A stretch of 64,000 bases of DNA, taken from assembly GCF_020745735.1 (NCBI RefSeq), contig NC_083401.1, positions 124,307,740 through 124,371,739 of the forward strand, given 5' to 3'. Positions 11,653-21,330 of this stretch are shown in pieces. The stretch is from Hemiscyllium ocellatum. Lineage: Eukaryota. The stretch's first letter is position 1, and each line of letters begins with the position of its first letter. The notes below the pieces were generated by a model that saw only the letters and a list, made by a program, of their open reading frames with translations, ran no database searches and was not told where the DNA came from. A program made the translations under genes and the position numbers.

Positions 11653-13260
11653 ATTAGGGCAAGTTTTGCACCTTCTCTAGTAGGTATATCCACATTTTGA
11701 ATCTGAAAATTTTCTTGTAACACTTAAATTCCTCTCCATCTAAACCCTCAACATTATGGCAGTCCCTGTCTATGTTTGGAAAGTTAAAATACCCTATCAT
11801 AACCACCCTATAATTCTTACAGATATCTGAGATCTCCTTACAAATTTGTTTCTCAATTTCCCGCTGACTACTAGGGGGTCTATAATACAATCCCAATCAG
11901 GTGATCATCTCTTTCTTATTTCCCAGTTCAATCCAAAAAACTTCCCTGGATGTATTTCTGGGAATATCCTCCCTCAGTACAGCTATAATGCTCTCCCTTA
12001 TCAAAAATGTCACTCCCCCTCCTCTCTTGCCTCCACTTCAGTCCTTTCTGTAGCACTTGTATCCTGGAACATTAAGCTGCCAGTCCTGCCCATCCCTGAG
12101 CCATGTTTCTGAATTGCTAAGTTATTCCAGTCCCATGTTCCCAACCATGCCCTGAGTTCATCTGCTTTCCCTGTTAGGCCTCTTGCATTGAAATAAATGC
12201 AGTTTAATTTATCAGTCCTACCTTGATCACTGCTTTGGCCCTGCCTGTCCCGTTTCTGTTCTCAGCTGTTCCAGTCTCCGATTGATCCCCTTTCTCACTA
12301 ACTCTCTGGGTCCCACCCTCCACCTTACTAGTTTAAATCCTCATGAGCAGCTCTAGCAAATATCTCTGCCAGTATATTAGTCCCCTTCCAATTAAGGTGA
12401 AATCCGTCCTTCTTGTACAGGTCACTTCTACCACAGAAGAGATTCCAATGATCCACAAATGTGACTCCTTCTCCCATACATCAGCTCCACAGCCATGCAT
12501 TCATCTGTTATATCCTGCTATTCCTATCCTCACTAGCTCGCAGCACTGGGAGTAATCCAGATATTACTATTCTTGAGAATCTCCTTTTTAAATTCCTGCC
12601 TAACTCACTGTAATCTCCCTTCAGAATCTCATCCTGTTCCCTTCCTATGTTGTTGGTTCCAATGTGTACAATGACCTCCTGCTGGTTCCGCTCCCCCTTG
12701 AGAACATTCTGCACCCTCTCTGAGACATCCTTGATCTTGGCACCAACAAGGCTGCTGGCCACAGAAACATCTGCCTGTGCCTTATACTAAGGAGTCTACT
12801 AACACATTTGATTTCTTGGAACTTGACATACCCTTCCTTATTATAGCATTATAGACAGTCTCAATACCAGAAACTTCTACATTCTCCCGTGAATCCATCA
12901 CCGCCTACATTTTCCAAAACAGCATACTTATTTGAAATGGGGGTAGCCACAGAAGACTCCTGCACTACTTGCCTACCTCTCTTACCTTTCCTGGTGTTAG
13001 CCCGCCTGTGTGACAGTATCTGCAACATTTCTCCCTTCCTGTAACTGCCATCCAGCACATCCTCTTACTCTTGTAAATTCCTCATTGCCTCTAACTGTTT
13101 CTTCAACCGATCCCTTTGATCGGATAGGATTCACAACCAACAGCATTTACTGCAGATATAATTCTCAGTAACACGTAAACTCTCCCTAAACTCCCACATC
13201 TGACAAAAGGAGCATATCACTCACTAAAGGCCATTTTTGCTTCTTTCAGTCTACAGATCC
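11653..13260 (-). mobile_element. CR1-like LINE 5' part (ORF1 esterase plus start of the APE endonuclease)
   Basis: EVIVHIGTN (SGNH esterase) and GLYYRPP...GYFNFPNID (APE) fragments; homologous to 14100-15800 on the + strand. Confidence 0.8.
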
Positions 13261-14099
13261 AGAAAATAGCACTGTCTTATTACTCTCCAAAACACTGCTG
13301 CAGGCTAACTTATGGCTTATATCTTTGGGGATTCAGAGTTGATAAAGCATGGCACTGGGAAAAGCAAAACAGGTCAGACAGCATCTAAGGAGCAAGACAG
13401 CCAACATTTCAGACAGTACCCTTCTCCAGTCCTCACTTTCTCCAGTTGCTGCAAACCATACTGTGAAGAATCTTCGAAGGATGCCCACCTTGAAAATGTT
13501 TTCCTCCTCCCTCCATAAAGATCTGTGAGTCTCTCTCCAACTGCAACCCACTGGTTATCCCCTCCACCCTGACTGTGTTCAACCGCATTGTGAAACAATC
13601 CCATTACTACAGCCGTGTCACCTTTTTAAGTACCTGCCTACAAAACTAGCTTAACCCTCATGGACTCCAGACAACATTTAAGCTGTCTCAATTTGGATCA
13701 AACCAGGACAACTGTTACCTGCAGCGAATACAGAGCCTCCAGAAATGGTTCTCTATCAGAATCGCCAGCTCTCCGCTTGCAGCCATGTGTCAGCAACTAC
13801 TCTCTCTACAGTCAGCTCAGGGCCTCACTCTCCCAGACCTGAAAAGAACCTCTGCTGTTCTTCATATGGAGAAGGATTCACATCCTCAAGCAACATTTTT
13901 TCTTCAGCTTATCAGACATCAAGGAGGTGCAAGTACACTAAACTCTCTCCAAACCCAAAACACCTCAACCACTCCAGACCCCATTCTCCACCTCCCACTG
14001 AATCCTCTGGGAACCATTAACCACATAGACTCTCCAGTCAACATCACTGCCGTATTTCATGATGTCCCTTCTGCAATTGCCACCCATGTTTTTGGAGAT

Positions 14100-17000
14100 A
14101 TGTCTTGATTAAACTTAAAATATAAACCATGACTATTAAATTAACCTGGGACAGTGTTTGTTGAGGAATAAGACGGTGTTATTTTCTGGGTCTGTAGATT
14201 GTGAAGAAGCAAAAATTGCCTTTAGTAAAGTGATATGCGCTTCTTGTCAGATATGGGAGTTTAAAGAGAGTTTAAGGGTTACAGCAGATTTCATCTGCCA
14301 TAAATGCTTTTGGTTGCGAATCTTTCAGATCGAATGGATCAGTTGGAGAGACAGTTAGGAGCAATGAGAAATTTCAACAGCAACAGTATGTGATGGATGG
14401 CAGCTAAAAGAAGAGGGAAAGTCTCAGATACAGTCACGTAGATGGGTTAACTCCAGGAAGGGTAAGAGAGGTAGGCACCTAGGCCAGGAGTCATTTGTGG
14501 ATATACCCATTTCAAACAAGTATGCTGTTTTGGAAAATGTGGGTGGGGGGGTGGGAGAGAAAATGGATTCTCAGTGGAATGAAGCACAAAGAGCCACCTT
14601 TCTGGTATTGAGACTGGCTCTAACGCAATGAGGGGTACATCGGGTTCCAAGAGATCAATTGTATTAGGGGATTCTCTGGTCCGAGGTATAGACAGACATT
14701 TATGTGGCCAGCAACGAAAAATCAGAATGGTGTGTTGCTTCCCTGGTGCCAGGACCAAGAATGACTCAGACAGGGTGCAGAATTTTCTCACGGGGGAAAA
14801 GGGCCAGCAAGAGGTCATTGTCCACATTGGAACCAACGACATAGGAAGGGAAACTTTTGAGATTCTGAAGGGAGTCAGAGAGGCAGGAATTTGAAAAGGA
14901 GGTCCTCGAGAGTAGTAATATCTGGATTACTCCCGGTTCTGCGAGTTAGTGAAGGCAGGAATAGGAGGATAGAGCAGATGAATGTATGGCTGAGAAGCTG
15001 GTGTATGGGAGGATTCACATTTTTGGATCATTGGAATCTCACTTAGGGTAGAAGTGACCTGTACAAGAAGGACGGATTGTACCTAAATTGGAAGGGGACT
15101 AATATAGTGGCAGGGAAATTTCCTAGAACTGTTCAGGAGGATTTAAACTAGTATGTTGGGGGGTGTGTGTGTGTGTGCGCGCGCACGCGCGGACCCAGGG
15201 AAATACTGAGGAAAGAGATCAATCTGAGACTGATACAGTTGACAACAGAAGCGAGTCAAACAGTCAGGGCAGGGAGGGAAAATACATTAAACTGCATTTA
15301 TTTCAATGCAAAGGGCATAACAGGGAAGGCAGATGAACCAGGGCATGGTTAGGGACATGAGACTGGGATATCACAGCAATTACAGAAACATGGTTCAGGG
15401 ATGGACAAGACTGGCAGCTTAATGTTCCAGGATACAAATGCTACAGGAAGGATAAAAATGGAAGCAAGAGAGGAGGGAGAGTGGCATGTTTGATAAGGGA
15501 TAGCATTACAGCTGTACTGAGGGAGGATATTCCTGAAAATACATCCAGGGAAGTTATTTGGGTGGAACTGAGAATGAAAAAAGGGATGATCACCTTATTG
15601 GGATTGTATTGTAGACCCCCAAATAGTCAGCAGGAAATTGAGAACATATTTGTAAGAATAATAGGGTGATTATGGTAGGGAATTTTAACTTTCCAAATAT
15701 AGACTGGGACTGCCTAAGTGTTGAGGGTTTAGATGGACAGGAATTTGTTAAGTTGTGTACAAGGAAATTTTCTGATTCAGTATGTGGATGTACCTACGAG
15801 AGAAGGTGCAAAACTTGACCAACTCTTGGGAAATAAGGCAGGGAAGGTGACTGAGGTGTCAATGGGGGAGCACTTTGGGGCCAGCGACCATAATTTTATT
15901 GGTTTTAAAATAGTGATGGAAAAGGATAGATCAGATCTAAAAGATGAAGTCCTAAATTGGTGAAAGGGTCAATTTTGACGGTATTAGGCAAGAGCTTTCA
16001 AAAGCTGATTGGAGGCAGATGTTCGCAGGTAAAGGGACAGCTGGAAAATGAGAAGCCTTCAGAATGAGGTAACAAGAATCCAGAGAAAGTATATTCCTGT
16101 TAGGGTGAAAAGAAAGGCTGGTAGGTATAGGGAATGTTGGATGACTGAAGAAATTGAGGGTTTGGTTAAGAAAAAGAAGGAAACATATGTTAGGTATAGG
16201 CAGGATAGATCGAGTGAATCCTTAGAAGAATATAAAGGAGGTAGGAGTATATTTAAGAGGGAAATCGGGAGGGCAAAAAGGTGACATAATATAGCTTTGG
16301 CAAATAGAATTAAGGAGAATCCAAAGAGTTTTTACAAATACATAAAGGACAAAAGGGTAACTTGGGAGAAAATAGGGCCTACAGACGATCAGCAAGGCAG
16401 CCTTTGTGTAGAGCCACAAAGAATGGGGGAGTTACTAAACGGGTATTTTGCATCAGTATTGACTGTGGAAAAGGATATGGAAGATATAGACTGTAGGGAA
16501 ATAGATGGTGACATCTTGCAAAATGTCCAGATTACAGAGGAGGAAGTGCTGGATATCTTGAAACTGTTAAAAGTAGATAAATCCCCAGGACCTGATCAGG
16601 TGTATCCAAGAACTCTATGGGAAGCTAGAAAAGTGATTGCTGGGCCTCTTACTGAGATTTTTGTATCATCGATAGTCACAGGTGAGATGCCAGAAGACTG
16701 GAGGTTGGCAAATGTGGTGCCACTGTTTAAGAAGGGCTGTAGGACAAGCCAGGGAACTACAGATCAGTGAGCCTGACGTCGGTGGTGGGCAAGTTGTTGG
16801 AGAGAATCCTGAGGGACAGGATGTACATGTATTTGGAAAGGTAAGGACTGATTAGGGATAGTCAACATGGCTTTGTGCGTGGGAAATCATGTCACACAAA
16901 CTTGATTGAGTTTTTTAAGGAAGTAACAAAGAGGATTGATGAGGGCAGAGCCGCAGATGTGATCTATATGGACTTCAGTAACACGTTCAACAAGGTTCCC

Positions 17001-17790
17001 CATGGGAGGCTGGTTAGCAAGGTTAGTTCTCATGGAATACCAGGAGAACGAGCCATTTGGTTACAGAACTGGCTCAAAGGTAGAAGACTGAGGGTGGTGG
17101 TGGAGGGTTGTTTATCAGACTGGAGGCCTGTGACCAGTGAAGTGCCACATGGATCAGTGCTGGGTCCTCTACTTTTTGTCATTTACATAAATGATTTGGA
17201 TGCAAGCATAAGAGGTACAGTTAGTAAGTTTGCAGACAATACCAAGATTGGAGGTGTAGTGGACAGCGAAGAGGGTTACCCCAGGTTACAACAGACCTTG
17301 ACCAGATGGGCCAATGGGCTGAGAAGTGGCAGATGGAGTTTAATTCAGATAAATGCAAGATGCTACATTTTGGTAAAGCAAATCTTAGCAGGATGAATAC
17401 ACTTAATGGTAAGGTCTGAGGGAGTGTTGCTGAACATAGAGACCTTGGAGTGCAGGTTCATAGCTCCTTGAAAGTGGAGTCACAGGTAGATAGGATAGTG
17501 AAGAAGGTGCTTGGTATGCTTTCCTTTATTGGTCAGAGTATTGAGTACAGGAGTTGGTAGGTCATGTTGCTGCTGTACAGGACATTGGTCAGGCGTGCAA
17601 TTCTGGTCTCCTTCTTATCGGAAAGATGTTGTGAAACTTGAAACGGTCCAAAAAGATTTACAAGGATGTTGCCAGAGTTGGAGGATTTGAGCTATAGGGA
17701 GAGGCTGAACGGGCTGGGGCTGTTTTCCCTGCAGTGTCGGAGGCTGAGGGGTGACCTCATAAAGGTTTACAAAATTATGAGGGGCATGCA
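14100..17790 (+). mobile_element. Near full-length CR1-like LINE (ORF1 zinc finger plus SGNH esterase; ORF2 APE plus RT), disrupted
   Basis: CASCQIWEF...ICHKC; GDSLVRG...FPGA...HIGTND; CIYFNAKG; GLYCRPPN; KSPGPDQVYPR; YMDFSNTFNKVPH; GSVLGPLLFVIYINDL; SKFADNTK. Many stops and frameshifts. Confidence 0.9.
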
Positions 17791-17794
17791 TACG

Positions 17795-18645
17795 TCATTC
17801 CTGTAGTTGTCATACCGACCCACTACTTACGCAAAAAGCATTAATAATGTCACTTCTACCCAAGTGAGTGCCACATATAATGTTGCTTCTTCCATTGTGA
17901 ACTCCAACGTCAGTTCTGCTGATGCTGTCAACCACGTTATCTCCAATGGATGCTGGTCATGTGACAGCTGATGTCATTTTTGGTCACATGACCAAACTTC
18001 CCCTTGAGAGACAGTCCCCACCTCCAACTCCAGCCCGATACTAGGCCCCATCCCCAAGCCCTGCCAGGTATTTCTCACTACCCCTTCACGGAGGACAAAA
18101 AAATCAGTCCTCAGCAAAGGACTCTCCTTCAGTCCAATCTGTGCCATGTCAACAAATTCTGCATACACTGCTATGTTGAACTCTTTTTCCGTTGCTTCTG
18201 CGCCTACCTTTTCGATCACGACTTTCACCCACCATCCAAGAACCCCTTCTCCCACCTCCATCAAACTCTGTCCTCCTTGTCACCCTACCCTAGGCTCCTA
18301 ACTGGCATTGACCTCATCATTTCCAACTGCAATTGTGACATTTACCACTTTAATCTCTCCATCCCTCACCCACTCTAACCTACCGCCCTCGGAACCCATC
18401 ACTCCCTTTGCTCCAACTCCAACTTCACCATCAGCCAAGAAGGGAGGTGTGGAAAGTGTGGCACACCAACTTTGACATCGCTAAAGCCAGGCACCAAGTC
18501 GCCGACACCACATCCTACCGCCTCCTTGACCACGATTCCACCCCTTATCTCAGAGACCACCCACAATCTCATCACCTCAGATGATCCCCATGGAATCCTG
18601 AAGAGGAGCTTGCCCAGACCATTCACTATTATTCCTCGGTTGCTG
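17795..18645 (+). mobile_element. Penelope-like element N-terminal ORF remnant
   Basis: Near 18100-18210 it reads ...VLSKGLSFSP...FFRCFCAYLF, resembling the LxKGLxFxP motif upstream of PLE RTs; frameshifted. Confidence 0.5.
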
Positions 18646-18824
18646 CCTAAACTGCTGTGACTTCTCCAAGCCACAATATCAGCGCCATCTTGTTGATAAC
18701 TTATTAAATGTTCTTACCCTTAATCCCTTAGTAACTCAAATCCAAATTTATATCCTTTTGACTTTAATTTTGCTCACTTAAGTAGATATCAACATGTTTA
18801 TCTCTACCCTAATTCAGGTAGAGG

Positions 18825-20560
18825 TCAGGGCGTGGGGGGAAGGGGAGGTCAGGGCGTGGGGGGAAGGGGAGGTCAGGGCGTGGTCAGGGCGTGGGGGGTA
18901 GGGGTGGTCAGGGCGTGGGGGGTAGGGGTGGTCAGGGCGTGGGGGGTAGGGGTGGTCAGGGCGTGGGGGGTAGGGGTGGTCAGGGCGTGGGGGGTAGGGG
19001 TGGTCAGGGCGTGGGGGGTAGGGGTGGTCAGGGCGTGGGGGGTAGGGGTGGTCAGGGCGTGGGGGGTAGGGGTGGTCAGGGCGTGGGGGGTAGGGGTGGT
19101 CAGGGCGTGGGGGGTAGGGGTGGTCAGGGCGTGGGGGGTAGGGGTGGTCAGGGCGTGGGGGGTAGGGGTGGTCAGGGCGTGGGGGGGAGGGGTGGTCAGG
19201 GCGTGGGGGGGAGGGGTGGTCAGGGCGTGGGGGGGAGGGGTGGTCAGGGCGTGGGGGGGAGGGGTGGTCAGGGCGTGGGGGGGAGGGGTGGTCAGGGCGT
19301 GGGGGGGAGGGGTGGTCAGGGCGTGGGGGGGAGGGGTGGTCAGGGCGTGGGGGGGAGGGGTGGTCAGGGCGTGGGGGGGAGGGGTGGTCAGGGCGTGGGG
19401 GGGAGGTGGTGGTCAGGGCGTGGGGGGGAGGTGGTGGTCAGGGCGTGGGGGGAGGTGGAGGTCAGGGCGTTGGGGGGGAGGGGGAGGTCAGGGCGAGGGG
19501 GGGAGGGGGGAGGTCAGGTCGTGGGGAGGGAAAAGTGAGGGCGTTGGGGGGGACAGGGAGGTCAGGGCGTGGGGGGGAGGTGGAGGTCAGGGTGTTTGGG
19601 GGGGAGGTGGTGGTCAGGGCGTTGGGGGGGAGGTGGAGGTCAGTGCGTTGGGGGGGAGGGGGAGGTCAGTGCGTTGGGGGGGAGGGGGAGGTCAGTGCGT
19701 TGGGGGGGAGGGGGAGGTCAGGGCGAGGGGGGGAGGGGGAGGTCAGGGCGTGGGGGGGGAGGTCAGGGCGTGGGGGGGGAGGTCAGGGCGTGGGGGGGGA
19801 GGTCAGGGCGTGGGGGGGGAGGTCAGGGCGTGGGGGGGGAGGTCAGGGCGTGGGGGGGGAGGTCAGGGCGTGGGGGGGGAGGTCAGGGCGTGGGGGGGGA
19901 GGTCAGGGCGTGGGGGGGGAGGTCAGGGCGTGGGGGGGGAGGTCAGGGCGTGGGGGGGGAGGTCAGGGCGTGGGGGGGGAGGTCAGGGCGTGGGGGGGGA
20001 GGTCAGGGCGTGGGGGGGGAGGTCAGGGCGTGGGGGGGGAGGTCAGGGCGTGGGGGGGGAGGTCAGGGCGTGGGGGGGGAGGTCAGGGCGTGGGGGGGGA
20101 GGTCAGGGCGTGGGGGGGGAGGTCAGGGCGTGGGGGGGGAGGTCAGGGCGTGGGGGGGGAGGTCAGGGCGTGGGGGGGGAGGTCAGGGCGTGGGGGGGNN
20201 NNNNNNNNNNNNNNNNNNNNNNNNNNNNNNNNNNNNNNNNNNNNNNNNNNNNNNNNNNNNNNNNNNNNNNNNNNNNNNNNNNNNNNNNNNNNNNNNNNGT
20301 GAGGGGGGATGTCATGGCGTGGGGGAGGGAGGTCATGGCGTGGGGGAGGGAGGTCATGGCGTGGGAGGGAGGTCAGGGGGCGTGGGAGGGAGGTCAGGGG
20401 GTGGGGGAGGGCAAGATCTGGGCATGGGGGGAAGGGAAGATCTGGGCGTGGGAGAGGTGAAGATCTGGGCGTAGGGGGGGAGGTCAGGGCGTGGGGGGAG
20501 GTCAGGGCGTAGGGGGAGGTCATGGCGTGGGGGGAGGTCAGGGGGTGGCGTGGGAGGGGC
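18825..20560 (+). repeat. G-rich compound VNTR: 24-bp unit ggggtggtcagggcgtggggggta, then 20-bp unit ggtcagggcgtgggggggga
   Basis: Exact 120-bp line periodicity (5x24) at 18901-19180 and 60-bp periodicity (3x20) at 19741-20198; degenerate units at the edges. Confidence 0.97.
20199..20298. other. Assembly gap (100 N) inside the G-rich array
   Basis: Run of exactly 100 N, probably a placeholder; the true array length is unknown. Confidence 0.99.
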
Positions 20561-20739
20561 TATCTTTGGCGCTCTCTGTTAACCGAGCACACTCTCCCCT
20601 TCCCCTCATACGGCTCCTCCGCATGCTCCTCCTTGTCCTTATCCTCCCGGCCTGGCCCTGTCCTGTCCTTCCACCCTCCATCGCTCTCCTATTGTTTCTC
20701 TGAGTGTTTACTCGCGGAGGGGGAACAACACTCGCCAAC

Positions 20740-21260
20740 CGCCAGCATCCTCGCGCCTCCGGGCATGCGCCGTGAGCCGCTGAGGCTCCGGACGTGACGT
20801 GTGCCTGTGCCTGTGCCCGTGTCCCATCATGCCCCGCGGGTTTGGAGGGGGTGGGGCTGGCGGCGGGTGGCGGAGCGCGCGGCCGCGGTTGCTGAGTGAC
20901 GTCGCTCGGGATGGCGGCTCTGGCGCCGGGAGACCCGAAGCTCGTTTCCATGATTGTCAACCACCTGAAGAGCCAGGGCCTCTTCGACCAGTTCCGCCGC
21001 GACTGCCTGGCCGACGTCGACACCAAGGTCAGGCGCTGCGAGGAGCGGGGCTTGTTGTTTTTTTATTATTCATTCCGCGGCCTGGAGTCCTCGAGCTCGC
21101 TGCTCCCGGTGGCTCCGGCCTGGAACCCGCCGCCACACACACCCCCCCCCGCCCCCCTCTCCCCGGCCCCGGCCCCGGCCCCGCTCAGCTCCGGAGAGGA
21201 AACAGACCCGCAGCTGCAGCATCGACAGCCGCTCCCGGAAACCTGCCTCTGCGTGAGCAG
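20740..21260 (+). promoter_or_regulatory. CpG-island promoter and exon 1 region of BOD1L1
   Basis: High CpG density in an otherwise CpG-depleted window. NRF1-like gggcatgcgc at 20761-20770; CRE/ATF-like tgacgt at 20795-20800 and tgacgtc at 20897-20903. The TSS cannot be determined from sequence. Confidence 0.75.
20911..21027 (+). CDS. BOD1L1: BOD1L1 coding exon 1 (MAALAPGDPKLVSMIVNHLKSQGLFDQFRRDCLADVDTK)
   Basis: Near-identical to the BOD1/BOD1L1 Shg1-like domain start; in-frame TGA at 20893 upstream of the ATG; GT donor at 21028, phase 0. Confidence 0.95.
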
Positions 21261-21330
21261 CCCTGGGTCATACAGCACCACTCGAGTCCCCATGGGATGG
21301 TTCACCCCGGAGTTAGCCGGGGCTGTGACT

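Noticed and set aside
1-18800. Exons of a neighbouring gene upstream of BOD1L1
   Set aside because: No ORF-track peptide or hand translation resembled a cellular protein; small or non-coding exons cannot be excluded.
18832-20523. Long Gly/Arg/Val-rich ORFs (up to 542 aa)
   Set aside because: By-product of a stop-free G-rich tandem repeat open in several frames and crossing an N gap; no splice or domain support.
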